Shown here: positions 43,801 through 60,074 of the stretch, in pieces
Layout: each line of letters begins with the position of its first letter
Position numbering within the stretch: position 1 is the first letter of the stretch
DNA from: Eledone cirrhosa
Taxonomy: Eukaryota
Length of the DNA stretch: 64,000 bases
NCBI GenBank assembly: GCA_964016885.1
Contig: OZ024744.1
Span: forward strand, 17,484,001 to 17,548,000
Reading direction: 5' to 3'
Translations under genes and position numbers: made by a program
Notes under the pieces: generated by a model
Databases searched by the model: none
The model's input: the letters and a program-made list of their open reading frames with translations, nothing else
What the model was told of the DNA's origin: nothing

Positions 43801-46150
43801 GACTTGTACACCATCAGGTATTGACAGCAGGTTGATACTCATTGCTGACCTGTACACCATCAGACATTGATCGCAGGTTGATACTCATTGCTGACCTGTA
43901 CACCATCAGGTATTGACGACATGTTGATACTCATTGCTGACCTGTACACCATCAGAAATTGACGACAGGTTAGTACTCATTGCTGACTTGTACACCATCA
44001 GATACTGACGACAGGTTGATACTCATTGCTGACCTGTACACAATCAAGTATTGACGGCAGGTTCATACTCATTGCTGACCTGTACACCATCAGACATTGA
44101 CGGCAGGTTCATACTCATTGCTGACCTGTACACCATCAGACATTGACGACAGGTTAATACGCATTGCTGACCTGTACACCATCAGACATTCACGGCAGGT
44201 TGATACTCTTTGCTGACCTGTACACCATCAGATACTGACGATCGTTTGATAATCATTGCTGGCCTGTACACCATCAGGTACAGATGACAGGTTGATACTC
44301 ATTGCTGACTTGTACACCATCAGGTATTGACGGCAGGTTGATACACATTGTTGACCTGTACACCATCAGACATTGACGACAGGTTGATACTCATTGCTGA
44401 CCTGTACACCATAAGACATTGACGACAGGTTGATACTCATTGCTGACCTGTACACCATCAGACATTGACGGCAGGTTGATACTCATTGCTGACATGTACA
44501 CCATCATATATTGACGGCAGGTTGATATTCATTGCTGACTTGTACACCATCAGACATTGACGACAGGTTGATACTCATTGCTAACCTGTTCACCATCAGA
44601 CATTGACGACAGGTTGATACTCATTGCTGACCTGTACACCATCAGACATTGACGGCAGGTTGATACTCATTGCTGACCTGTACACCATCAGACATTGACG
44701 ACAGGTTGATACTCATTGCTGACCTGTACACCATGAGACATTGACGGCAGGTTGATACTCATTGCTGACCTGTACACCATCAGGTATTGACGGCAGGTTG
44801 ATAATCATTGCTGACTTGTACACCATCAGATACTGACAACAGGTTGATACTCATTGCTGACCTGTACACCATCAAACTCTGACGGCAGGTTGATACTCAT
44901 AGTTGACCTGTACACCATCAAGTATTGACGACAGGTTGATACACATTAGTGACCTGTACACCATCAGGTATTGACGGCAGGTTGATACTCATTGCTGAGC
45001 TGTACACCATCAGACATTGACGACAGGTTGATACTCATTGCTGACCTGTACACCATCAGATACTGACGACAGGTTGATACTCATTTCTGACCTGTACACC
45101 ATCAGACATTGACGGCAGGTTGATACACATTGTTGACCTGTACACCATCAGACATTGACGACAGGTTGATACTCATTGCTGACCTGTACACCATCAGACA
45201 TTGACGGCAGGTTGATACTCATTGCTTATCTGTACACCATCAGACATTGACGACAGGTTTATACTCATTGCTGACCTGTACACCATCAGACATTGACGGC
45301 AGGTTGATACTCATTGCTGACCTGTACACCATCAGGTATTGACGGCAGGTTGATACTCATTGCTGACCTGTACACCATCAGACATTGACGGCAGGTTGAT
45401 ACTCATTGCTGACCTGTACACCATCAGTTATTGACGACAGGTTGATACTCATTGCTGACCTGTACACCATCAGACATTGACGGCAGGTTGATACTCATTG
45501 CTGACCTGTACACCATCCGACATTGACATAGGTTGATACTCACTGCTGACCTGTACACCATCAGTCATTGACGGCAGGTTGATAGTCATTACTGACCTGT
45601 ACACCATCAGTTATTGACGACAGGTTGATACTCATTGCTGACCTGTACACCATCAGACATTGACAGCAGGTTGATACTCATTGTTGACCTGTACACCATC
45701 AGATTTTGACGGTAGGTTGATACTCATTGCTGACCTGTTCACCATCAGTTATTGACGACAAGTTGATACTCATTGTTGACCTGTACACCATCAGACATTG
45801 ATGACAGGTTGATACTCATTGCTGACCTGTACACCATCAGAATTTGACGGCATGTTGATACTCATTGCTGACCTGTACACCATCATACATTGACGACAGG
45901 TTGATACTCATTGCTGACCTGTACACCATCAGATACTGACGACAAGTTGATACTCATTGCTCACCTGTACACCATCAGGCATTGACGGCAGGTTGATACT
46001 CATTGCTGACCTGTACACCATCAGGTATTGACGACAGGTTGATACTCGTTGCTAACCTGTACACCATCAGGTATTGACGACAGGTTGATACTCATTGCTG
46101 AACTGTACACCATCAGACATTGACGGCAGGTTGATACTCATTGCTGACCT

Positions 46151-46702
46151 GTACACCATCAGATACTGACGACAGGTTGATACTCATTGCTGACCTGTAC
46201 ACCATCAGATACTGACGACAGGTTGATACTCATTGCTGACCTGTACACCATCAGGTATTGACGACAGGTTGGTACTCATTGTTGACCTGTACACCATCAG
46301 ATACTGACGACAAGTTGATACTCATTGCTGACCTGTACACCATGAGATATTGACGACAGGTTGGTACTCATTGATGACCTGTACACCATCAGATACTGAC
46401 GACAGGTTGATACTCATTGCTGACCTGTACACCATCAGGTATTGACGACAGGTTGATACATATTGCTGACCTGTACACCATCAGACATTGACCACAGGTT
46501 GGTATTCATTGCTGACCTGTACAGCATCAGATACTGACGACAGGTTGATACTCATTGCTGCCCTGTACACCATCAAGTATTGACGGCAGGTTGATACTCA
46601 TTGCTGACATGTAAACCATCAGACATTGACGGCAGGTTGGTACTCATTGCTGACCTATACCCCATCAGACACTGACGGCAGGTTGATACTCATTGCTGAC
46701 CT
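46151..46702. repeat. Representative right-domain 12-monomer cassette
   Basis: Order: GATACT, GATACT, GGTATT/GGTAC/GTTGAC, GATACT/ACAAGT, GATATT/GGTAC/GATGAC, GATACT, GGTATT/ACA, GACCAC/GGTATTC, TACAGC/GCTGCCCT, AAGTATT, GGTAC/CCTAT, GACACT. The same order is seen near 30.6, 33.8, 37.5, 40.3, 43.2, 48.5 and 54.2 kb. Confidence 0.85.
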
Positions 46703-49700
46703 GTACACCATCAGATACTGACGACAGGTTGATACTCATTGCTGACTTGTACACCATCAGGTATTGACAGCAGGTTGATACTCATTGCTGACCTGTACAC
46801 CATAAGACATTGATCGCAGGTTGATACTCATTGCTGACCTGTACACCATCAGGTATTGACGACATGTTGATACTCATTGCTGACCTGTACACCATCAGAC
46901 ATTGACGACAGGTTGGTACTCATTGCTGACCTGTACACCATCAGATACTGACGACAGGTTGATACTCATTGCTGACCTGTACACAATCAAGTATTGACGG
47001 CAGGTTCATACTCATTGCTGACCTGTACACCATCAGACATTGACGGCAGGTTGATACTCATTGCTGACCTGTACACCATCAGACATTGACGACAGGTTAA
47101 TACTCATTGCTGACCTGTACACCATCAGACATTCACGGCAGGTTGATACTCTTTGCTGACCTGTACACCATCAGATACTGACGATCGTTTGATAATCATT
47201 GCTGGCCTGTACACCATCAGGAATTGACGACAGGTTGGTACTCATTGCTGACCTGTACACCATCAGGTATTGACGACAGGTTGATACTCATTGCTGACAT
47301 GTACACCATCAGACATTGACGGCAGGTTGATACTCATTGCTGACCTGTACACCATCAGACATTGACGGCAGGTTGATACTCATTGCTGACATGTACACCA
47401 TCATATATTGACGGCAGGTTGATATTCATTGCTGACTTGTACACCATCAGGTATTGACGACAGGTTGATACTCATTGCTGACCTGTACACCATCAGACAT
47501 TGACGGCAGGTTGATACTCATTGCTGACATGTACACCATCATATATTGACGGCAGGTTGATATTCATTGCTGACTTGTACACCATCAGACTTTGACGACA
47601 GGTTGATACTCATTGCTAACCTGTTCACCATCAGACATTGACGACAGGTTGATACTCATTGCTGACCTGTACACCATCAGACATTGACGGCAGGTTGATA
47701 CTCATTGCTGACCTGTACACCATCAGACATTGACGACAGGTTGATACTCATTGCTGACCTGTACACCATCAGACATTGACGGCAGGTTGATACTCATTGC
47801 TGACCTGTACACCATCAGACATTGACGACAGGTTAATACTCATTGCTGACCTGTACACCATCAGGTATTGACGACAGGTTGATACTCATTGTTGAACTGT
47901 ACACCATCAGACATTGACGGCAGGTTGATAATCATTGCTGTCTTGTACACCATCAGATACTGACAACAGGTTGATACTCATTGCTGACCTGTACACCATC
48001 AAACTCTGACGGCAGGTTGATACTCATAGTTGACCTGTACACCATCAAGTATTGACGACAGGTTGATACTCATTAGTGACCTGTACACCATCAGGTATTG
48101 ACGGCACGTTGATACTCATTGCTGACCTGTACACCATCAGACATTGACGACAGGTTGATACTCATTGCTGACCTGTACACCATCAGATACTGACGACAGG
48201 TTGATGCTCATTTCTGACCTGTACACCATCAGACATTGACGGCAGGTTGATACACATTGTTGACCTGTACACCATCAGACATTGACGGCAGGTTGATACT
48301 CATTGCTGACCTGTACACCATCAGACATTGACGACAGGTTAATACTCATTGCTGACCTGTACACCATCAGGTATTGACGACAGGTTGATACTCATTGTTG
48401 AACTGTACACCATCAGACATTGACGGCAGGTTGATACTCATTGCTGACCTGTACACCATCAGATACTGACGACAGGTTGATACTCATTGCTGACCTGTAC
48501 ACCATCAGATACTGACGACAGGTTGATACTCATTGATGACCTGTACACCATCAGGTATTGAAGACAGGTTGGTACTCTTTGTTGACCTGTACACCATCAG
48601 ATACTGACGACAAGTTGATACTCATTGCTGACCTGTACACCATCAGATATTGACGACAGGTTGGTACTCATTGATGACCTGTACACCATCAGATACTGAC
48701 GACAGGTTGATACTCATTGCTGACCTGTACACCATCAGGTATTGACGACATGTTGATACTCATTGCTGACCTGTACACCATCAGACATTGACCACAGGTT
48801 GGTATTCATTGCTGACCTGTACAGCATCAGATACTGACGACAGGTTGATACTCATTGCTGCCCTGTACACCATCAAGTATTGACGGCAGGTTGATACTCA
48901 TTGCTGACCTGTACACCATCAGACATTGACGGCAGGTTGGTACTCATTGCTGACCTATACACCATCAGACACTGACGGCAGGTTGATACTCATTGCTGAC
49001 CTGTACACCATCAGACATTGACGACAGGTTGATACTCATTAGTGACCTGTACACCATCAGGTATTGACGGCACGTTGATACTCATTGCTGACCTGTACAC
49101 CATCAGACATTGACGACAGGTTGATACTCATTGCTGACCTGTACACCATCAGATACTGACGACAGGTTGATGCTCATTTCTGACCTGTACACCATCAGAC
49201 ATTGACGGCAGGTTGATACACATTGTTGACCTGTACACCATCAGACATTGACGGCAGGTTGATACTCATTGCTGACCTGTACACCATCAGACATTGACGA
49301 CAGGTTAATACTCATTGCTGACCTGTACACCATCAGGTATTGACGACAGGTTGATACTCATTGTTGAACTGTACACCATCAGACATTGACGGCAGGTTGA
49401 TACTCATTGCTGACCTGTACACCATCAGATACTGACGACAGGTTGATACTCATTGCTGACCTGTACACCATCAGATACTGACGACAGGTTGATACTCATT
49501 GATGACCTGTACACCATCAGGTATTGACGACAGGTTGGTACTATTTGTTGACCTGTACACCATCAGATACTGACGACAAGTTGATACTCATTGCTGACCT
49601 GTACACCATCAGATATTGACGACAGGTTGGTAATCATTGATGACCTGTACACCATCAGATACTGACGACAGGTTGATACTCATTGCTGACCTGTACACCA

Positions 49701-52700
49701 TCAGGTATTGACGACATGTTGATACTCATTGCTGACCTGTACACCATCAGACATTGACCACAGGTTGGTATTCATTGCTGACCTGTACGGCATCAGATAC
49801 TGACGACAGGTTGATACTCATTGCTGCCCTGTACACCATCAAGTATTGACGGCAGGTTGATACTCATTGCTGACCTGTAAACCATCAGACATTGACGGCA
49901 GGTTGATACTCATTGCTGACCTGTACACCATCAGACATTGACGACAGGTTGATACTCATTGCTGACCTGTACCCCATCAGACATTGACGACAGGTTAGTA
50001 CTCATTGCTGACCTGTACACCATCAGATACTGACGACAGGTTGATACTCATTGCTGACCTGTACACAATCAAGTATTGACGGCAGGTTCATACTCATTGC
50101 TGACCTGTACACCATGAGACATTGACGGCAGGTTCATACTCATTGCTGACCTGTACACCATCAGACATTGACGACAGGTTAATACGCATTGCTGACCTGT
50201 ACACCATCAGACATTCACGGCAGGTTGATACTCTTTGCTGACCTGTACACCATCAGATACTGACGATCGTTTGATAATCATTACTGGCCTGTACACCATC
50301 AGGTATTGACGACAGGTTGGTACTCATTGCTGACTTGTACACCATCAGGTATTGACGGCAGGTTGATACACATTGTTGACCTGTACACCATCAGACATTG
50401 ACGACAGGTTGATACTCATTGCTGACCTGTACACCATAAGACATTGACGACAGGTTGATACTCATTGCTGACCTGTACACCATCAGACATTGACGGCAGG
50501 TTGATACTCATTGCTGACATGTACACCATCATATATTGACGGCAGGTTGATATTCATTGCTGACTTGTACACCATAAGACATTGACGACAGGTTGATACT
50601 CATTGCTAACCTATTCACCATCAGACATTGACGACAGGTTGATACTCATTGCTGACCTGTACACCATCAGACATTGACGGCAGGTTGATACTCATTGCTG
50701 ACCTGTACACCATCATACATTGACGACAGGTTGATACTCATTGCTGACCTGTACACCATCAGACATTGACGGCAGGTTGATACTCATTACTGACTTGTAC
50801 ACCATCAGACATTGACGACAGGTTGATACTCATTACTGACCTGTACACCATCAGGTATTGACGGCAGGTTGATAATCATTGCTGACTTGTACACCATGAG
50901 ATACTGACAACAGGTTGATACTCATTGCTGACCTGTACACCATCAAACTCTGACGGCAGGTTGATACTCATAGTTGACCTGTACACCATCAAGTATTGAC
51001 GACAGGTTGATACTCATTAGTGACCTGTACACCATCAGGTATTGACGGCAGGTTGATACTCATTGCTGACCTGTACACCATCAGACATTGACGACAGGTT
51101 GATACTCATTGCTGACCTGTACACCATCAGATACTGACGACAGGTTGATACTCATTTCTGACCTGTACACCATCAGACATTGACGGCAGGTTGATACACA
51201 TTGTTGACCTGTACACCATCAGACATTGACGACAGGTTGATACTCATTGCTAACCTGTACACCATCAGACATTGACGACAGGTTGATACTCATTGCTGAC
51301 CTGTACACCATCAGACATTGACGGCAGGTTGATACTCATTGCTGATCTGTACACCATCAGACATTGACGACAGGTTGATACTCATTGCTGACTTGTACAC
51401 CATCAGACATTGACGGCAGGTTGATACTCATTGCTGACCTGTACACCATCAGGTATTGACGGCAGGTTGATACTCATTGCTGACCTGTACACCATCAGAC
51501 ATTCACGGCAGGTTGATGCTCATTGCTGACCTGTACACCATCAGTTATTGACGACAGGTTGATACTCATTGCTGACCTGTACGCCATCAGACATTGACGG
51601 CAGGTTGATACTCATTGCTGACCTGTACACGATCCGACATTGACATAGGTTGATACTCACTGCTGACCTGTACACCATCAGTCATTGACGTCAGGTTGAT
51701 ACTCATTACTGACCTGTACACCATCAGTTATTGACGACAGGTTGATACTCATTGCTGACCTGTACACCATCAGACATTGACAGCAGGTTGATACTCATTG
51801 TTGACCTGTACACCATCAGACATTGACGGTGGGTTGATACTCATTGCTGACCTGTACACCATCAGAATTTGACGGCATGTTGATACTCATTGCTGACCTG
51901 TACACCATCATACATTGACGACAGGTTGATACTCATTGCTGACCTGTACACCATCAGATACTGACGACAAGTTGATACTCATTGCTCACCTGTACACCAT
52001 CAGGCATTGACGGCAGGTTGATACTCATTGCTGACCTGTACACCATCAGGTATTGACGACAGGTTGATACTCGTTGCTAACCTGTACACCATCAGACATT
52101 GACGACAGGTTGATACTCATTGCTGACCTGTACACCATCAGACATTGACGGCAGGTTGATACTCATTGCTGACCTGTACACCATCAGATACTGACGACAG
52201 GTTGATACTCATTGCTGACCTGTACACCATCAGATACTGACGACAGGTTGATACTCATTGCTGACCTGTACACCATCAGGTATTGACAGCAGGTTGATAC
52301 TCATTGCTGACCGGTACACCATAAGACATTGATCGCAGGTTGATACTCATTGCTGACCTGTACACCATCAGGTATTGACGACATGTTGATACTCATTGCT
52401 GACCTGTACACCATCAGACATTGACGACAGGTTGGTACTCATTGCTGACCTGTACACCATCAGATACTGACGACAGGTTGATACTCATTGCTGACCTGTA
52501 CACAATCAAGTATTGACGGCAGGTTCATACTCATTGCTGACCTGTACACCATCAGACATTGACGGCAGGTTGATACTCATTGCTGACCTGTACACCATCA
52601 GACATTGACGACAGGTTAATACTCATTGCTGACCTGTACACCATCAGACATTCAAGGCAGGTTGATACTCTTTGCTGACCTGTACACCATCAGATACTGA

Positions 52701-55700
52701 CGATCGTTTGATAATCATTGCTGGCCTGTACACCATCAGGTATTGACGACAGGTTGGTACTCATTGCTGACTTGTAAACCATCAGGTATTGACGGCAGAT
52801 TGATACACATTGTTGACCTGTACACCATCAGGTATTGACGACAGGTTGATACTCATTGCTGACCTGTACACCATAAGACATTGACGACAGGTTGATACTC
52901 ATTGCTGACCTGTACACCATCAGACATTGACGGCAGGTTGATACTCATTGCTGACATGTACACCATCATATATTGACGGCAGGTTGATATTCATTGCTGA
53001 CTTGTACACCATCAGACATTGACGACAAGTTGATACTCATTGCTAACCTGTTCACCATCAGACATTGACGACAGGTTGATACTCATTGCTGACCTGTACA
53101 TCATCAGACATTGACGGCAGGTTGATACTGATTGCTGACCTGTACACCATCAGACATTGACGACAGGTTGATACTCATTGCTGACCTGTACACCATCAGA
53201 CATTGACGGCAGGTTGATACTCATTGCTGACCTGTACACCATCAGGTATTGACGACAGGTTGATACTCATTGCTGACCTGTACATCATCAGACATTGACG
53301 GCAGGTTGATACTCATTGCTGACCTGTACACCATCAGACATTGACGACAGGTTGATACTCATTGCTGACCTGTACATCATCAGACATTGACAACAGGTTG
53401 ATACACATTGCTGACCTGTACACCATCAAACTCTGACGGCAGGTTGATACTCATAGTTGACCTGTACACCATCAGACATTGACGGCAGGTTGATACTCAT
53501 TGCTGACCTGTACACCATCAGATACTGACGACAGGTTGAGGCTCATTTCTGACCTGTACACCATCAGACATTGACGACAGGTTGATACTCATTGCTGACC
53601 TGTACACCATCAGGTATTGACGACAGGTTGATACTCATTGCTGAACTGTACACCATCAGATACTGACGACAGGTTGATGCTCATTTCTGACCTGTACACC
53701 ATCAGACATTGACGGCAGGTTGATACACGTTGTTGACCTGTACACCATCAGACATTGACGACAGGTTGATACTCATTAGTGACCTGTACACCATCAGGTA
53801 TTGACGGCAGGTTGATACTCATTGCTGACCTGTACACCATCAGACATTGACGACAGGTTGATACTCATTGCTGACCTGTACACCATCAGATACTGACGAC
53901 AGGTTGATGCTCATTTCTGACCTGTACACCATCAGACATTGACGGCAGGTTGATACACATTGTTGACCTGTACACCATCAGACATTGACGGCAGGTTGAT
54001 ACTCATTGCTGACCTGTACACCATCAGACATTGACGACAGGTTAATACTCATTGCTGACCTGTACACCATCAGGTATTGACGACAGGTTGATACTCATTG
54101 CTGAACTGTACACCATCAGACATTGACGGCAGGTTGATACTCATTGCTGACCTGTACACCATCAGATACTGACGACAGGTTGATACTCATTGCTGACCTG
54201 TACACCATCAGATACTGACGACAGGTTGATACTCATTGCTGACCTGTACACCATCAGGTATTGACGACAGGTTGGTACTCATTCTTGACCTGTACACCAT
54301 CAGATACTGACGACAAGTTGATACTCATTGCTGACCTGTACACCATCAGATATTGACGACAGGTTGGTACTCATTGATGACCTGTACACCATCAGATACT
54401 GACGACAGGTTGATACTCATTGCTGACCTGTACACCATCAGGTATTGACGACAGGTTGATACACATTGCTGACCTGTACACCATCAGACATTGACCACAG
54501 GTTGGTATTCATTGCTGACCTGTACAGCATCAGATACTGACGACAGGTTGATACTCATTGCTGCCCTGTACACCATCAAGTATTGACGGCAGGTTGATAC
54601 TCATTGCTGACCTGTAAACCATCAGACATTGACGGCAGGTTGGTACTCATTGCTGACCTTTACACCATCAGACACTGACGGCAGGTTGATACTCATTGCT
54701 GACCTGTACACCATCAGACATTGACGACAGGTTGGTACAAATTGCTGACATTTACACCATCAGATACTGACGACAGGTTGATACTCATTGCTGACCTGTA
54801 CACAATCAAGTATTGACGGCAGGTTCATACTCATTGCTGACCTGTACACCATCAGACATTGACGGCAGGTTGATACTCATTGCTGACCTGTACACCATCA
54901 GACATTGACGACAGGTTAATACTCATTGCTGACCTGTACACCATCAGATATTGACGGCAGGTTGATACTCTTTGCTGACCTGTACACCATGAGATACTGA
55001 CGATCGTTTGAGTATCATTGCTGGCCTGTACACCATCAGACATTGACGGCAGGTTGATACTCATTGCTGACCTGTACACCATCAGACATTGACGACAGGT
55101 TAATACTCATTGCTGACCTGTACACCATCAGGTATTGACGACAGGTTTGTACTCATTGCTGACCTGTACACCATCAGGTATTGACGGCAGGTTGATACAC
55201 ATTGTTGACCTGTACACCATCAGGTATTGACGACAGGTTGATACTCATTGCTGACCTGTACACCATAAGACATTGACGACAGGTTGATACTCATTGCTGA
55301 CCTGTACACCATCAGACATTGACGGCAGGTTGATACTCATTGCTGACATGTACACCATCATATATTGACGGCAGGTTGATATACATTGCTGACTTGTACA
55401 CCATCAGACATTGACGACAGGTTGATACTCATTGCTGACCTGTACACCATCAGGTATTGACGACATGTTGATACTCATTGCTGACCTGTACACCATCAGA
55501 CATTGACGACAGGTTGGTACTCATTGCTGACCTGTACACCATCAGACATTGACGACAGTTTGATACTCATTGCTGACCTGTACACCATCAGACATTGACG
55601 GCAGGTTGATACTCTTTGCTGACCTGTACACCATGAGATACTGACGATCGTTTGATAATCATTGCTGGCCTGTACACCATCAGGTATTGACGACAGGTTG

Positions 55701-57647
55701 GTACTCATTGCTGACCTGTACACCATCAGGTATTGACGGCAGGTTGATACTCATTGCTGACCTGTAAACCATCAGACATTGACGGCAGGTTGGTACTCAT
55801 TGCTGACCTATACACCATCAGACACTGACGGCAGGTTGATACTCATTGCTGACCTGTACACCATCAGATACTGACGACAGGTTGATACTCATTGCTGACT
55901 TGTACACCATCAGGTATTGACAGCAGGTTGATACTCATTGCTGACCTGTACACCATCAGACATTGATCGCAGGTTGATACTCATTGCTGACCTGTACACC
56001 ATCAGGTATTGACGACATGTTGATACTCATTGCTGACCTGTACACCATCAGACATTGACGACAGGTTGGTACTCATTGCTGACCTGTACACCATCAGATA
56101 CTGACGACAGGTTGATACTCATTGCTGACTTGTACACCATCAGACATTGACGGCAGGTTGATACTCATTGCTGACCTGTACACCATCAGACATTGACGAC
56201 AGGTTAATACTCATTGCTGACCTGTACACCATCAGACATTGACGACAGTTTGATACACATTGCTGACCTGTACACCATCAGACATTGACGGCAGGTTGAT
56301 ACTCTTTGCTGACCTGTAGACCATCAGATACTGACGATCGTTTGATAATCATTGCTGGCCTGTACACCATCAGGTATTGTCGGCAGGTTGGTACTCATTG
56401 CTGACTTGTACACCATCAGGTATTGATGGCAAGTTGATACACATTGTTGACCTGTACACCATCAGGTATTGACGACAGGTTGATACTCATTGATCACCTG
56501 TACACCATAAGACATTGACGACAGGTTGATACTCTTGCTGACCTGTACACCATCAGACATTGACGGCAGGTTGATACTCATTGCAGACCTGTACACCATC
56601 ATATATTGACGGCAGGTTGATATTCATTGCTGACTTGTACACCATCAGACATTGACGACAGGTTGATACTCATTGCTAACCTGTACACCATCAGACATTG
56701 ACGACAGGTTGATACTCATTGCTGACCTGTACACCATCAGACATTGACGGCAGGTTGATACTCATTGCTGACCTGTACACCATCAGACATTGACGACAGG
56801 TTGATACTCATTGCTGACCTGTACACCATCAAACATTGACGGCAGGTTGATACTCATTGCTGACCTGTACACCATCAGACATTGACGGCAGGTTGATACA
56901 CATTGTTGACCTGTACACCATCAGACATTGACGGCAGGTTGATACTCTTTGCTGACCTGTACACCATCAGATACTGACGATCGTTTGATAATCATTGCTG
57001 GCCTGTACACCATCAGGTATTGACGACAGGTTGGTACTCATTGCTGACTTGTACACCATCAGGTATTGACGGCAGGTTGATACACATTGCTGACCTGTAC
57101 ACCATAAGGTATTGACGACAGGTTGATATCATTGCTAACCTGTACACCATCAGACATTGACGACAGGTTGATACTCATTGCTGACCTGTACACCATCAGA
57201 TACTGACGGCAGGTTGATACTCATTGCTGACCTGTACACCATCAGGTATTGACGACAGGTTGATACTCATTGCTGACCTGTACACCATAAGACATTGACG
57301 ACAGGTTGATACTCATTGCTGACCTGTACACCATCAGACATTGACGGCAGGTTGATACTCATTGCTGACATGTACACCATCATATATTGACGGCAGGTTG
57401 ATATACATTGCTGACTTGTACACCATCAGACATTGACGACAGGTTGATACTCATTGCTGACCTGTACACCATCAGGTATTGACGACATGTTGATACTCAT
57501 TGCTGACCTGTACACCATTAGACATTGACGACAGGTTGGTACTCATTGCTGACCTGTACACCATCAGACATTGACGACAGTTTGATACTCATTGCTGACC
57601 TGTACACCATCAGACATTGACGGCAGGTTGATACTCGTTGCTGACCT

Positions 57648-57674
57648 GTACAGGTTGATACTCATTGCTGACCT
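57648..57674. repeat. Truncated 27-bp monomer (19-bp internal deletion)
   Basis: Reads GTACAGGTTGATACTCATTGCTGACCT; monomer starts at 57648 and the next at 57675. Confidence 0.95.
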
Positions 57675-60074
57675 GTACACCATCAGATACTGACGACAGG
57701 TTGATACTCATTGCTGACTTGTACACCATCAGGTATTGACAGCAGGTTGATACTCATTGCTGACCTGTACACCATCAGACATTGATCGCAGGTTGATACT
57801 CATTGCTGACCTGTACACCATCAGGTATTGACGACATGTTGATACTCATTGCTGACCTGTACACCATCAGACATTGACGACAGGTTGGTACTCATTGCTG
57901 ACCTGTACACCATCAGATACTGACGACAGGTTGATACTCATTGCTGACCTGTACACAATCAAGTATTGACGGCAGGTTCATACTCATTGCTGACTTGTAC
58001 ACCATCAGGTATTGACGACAGGTTGGTACTCATTGCTGACCTGTACACCATCAGACATTGACGACAGTTTGATACTCATTGCTGAACTGTACACCATCAG
58101 ACATTGACGGCAGGTTGATACTCATTGCTGACCTGTACACCATCAGACATTGACGACAGGTTAATACTCATTGCTGACCTGTACACCATCAGACATTGAC
58201 GACAGTTTGATACTCATTGCTGACCTGTACACCATCAGACATTGACGGCAGGTTGATACTCTTTGCTGACCTGTAGACCATCAGATACTGACGATCGTTT
58301 GATAATCATTGCTGGCCTGTACACCATCAGGTATTGTCGGCAGGTTGGTACTCATTGCTGACTTGTACACCATCAGACATTGACGGCAGGTTGATACTCA
58401 TTGCTGACATGTACACCATCATATATTGACGGCAGGTTGATATTCATTGCTGACTTGTACACCATCAGACATTGACGACAGGTTGATACTCATTGCTAAC
58501 CTGTTCACCATCAGACATTGACGACAGGTTGATACTCATTGGTGACCTGTACACCATCAGACATTGACGGCAGGTTGATACTCATTGCTGACCTGTACAC
58601 CATCAGACATTGACGACAGGTTGATACTCATTGCTGACCTGTACACCATCAGACATTGACGGCAGGTTGATACTCATTGCTGACCTGTACACCATCAGGT
58701 ATTGACGGCAGGTTGATAATCATTGCTGTCTTGCACACCATCAGATACTGACAACAGGTTGATACTCATTGCTGACCTGTACACCATCAAACTCTGACGG
58801 CAGGTTTATACTCATAGTTGACCTGTACACCATCAAGTATTGACGACAGGTTGATACACATTAGTGACCTGTACACCATCAGGTATTGACGGCAGGTTGA
58901 TACTCATTGCTGACCTGTACACCATCAGACATTGACGACAGGTTGATACTCATTGCTGACCTGTACACCATCAGGTATTGACGACAGGTTGATACTCATT
59001 GCTGAACTGTACACCATCAGACATTGACGGCAGGTTGATACTCATTGCTGACCTGTACACCATCAGATACTGACGACAGATTGATACTCATTGCTGACCT
59101 GTACACCATCAGATACTGACGACAGGTTGATACTCATTGCTGACCTGTACACCATCAGGTATTGACGACAGGTTGGTACTCATTGTTGACCTGTACACCA
59201 TCAGATACTGACGACAAGTTGATACTCATTGCTGACCTGTACACCATCAGGTATTGACGACAGGTTGGTACTCATTGATGACCTGTACACCATCAGATAC
59301 TGACGACAGGTTGATACTCATTGCTGACCTGTACACCATCAGGTATTGACGACAGGTTGATACACATTGCTGACCTGTACACCATCAGACATTGACCACA
59401 TGTTGATACTCATTGCTGACCTGTACACCATCAGACATTGACGACAGGTTGATACTCATTGCTGACCTGTACACCATCAGGTATTGACGACAGGTTGATA
59501 CTCATTGCTGAACTGTACACCATCAGACATTGACGGCAGGTTGATACTCATTGCTGACCTGTACACCATCAGATACTGACGACAGGTTGATACTCATTGC
59601 TGACCTGTACACCATCAGATACTGACGACAGGTTGATACTCATTGCTGACATGTACACCATCATATATTGACGGCAGGTTGATATTCATTGCTGACTTGT
59701 ACACCATCAGACATTGACGACAGGTTGATACTCATTGCTAACCTGTTCACCATCAGACATTGACGACAGGTTGATACTCATTGGTGACCTGTACACCATC
59801 AGACATTGACGACAGGTTGATACACATTGCTGACCTGTACACCATCAGACATTGACCACAGGTTGGTATTCATTGCTGACCTGTACACCATCAGACATTG
59901 ACGGCAGGTTGATACTCATTGCTGACATGTACACCATCAAGTATTGACGGCAGGTTGACACTCATTGCCGACCTGTAAACCATCAGACATTGACGGCAGG
60001 TTGGTACTCATTGCTGACCTATACACCATCAGACACTGACGGCAGGTTGATACTCATTGCTGACCTGTACACCA

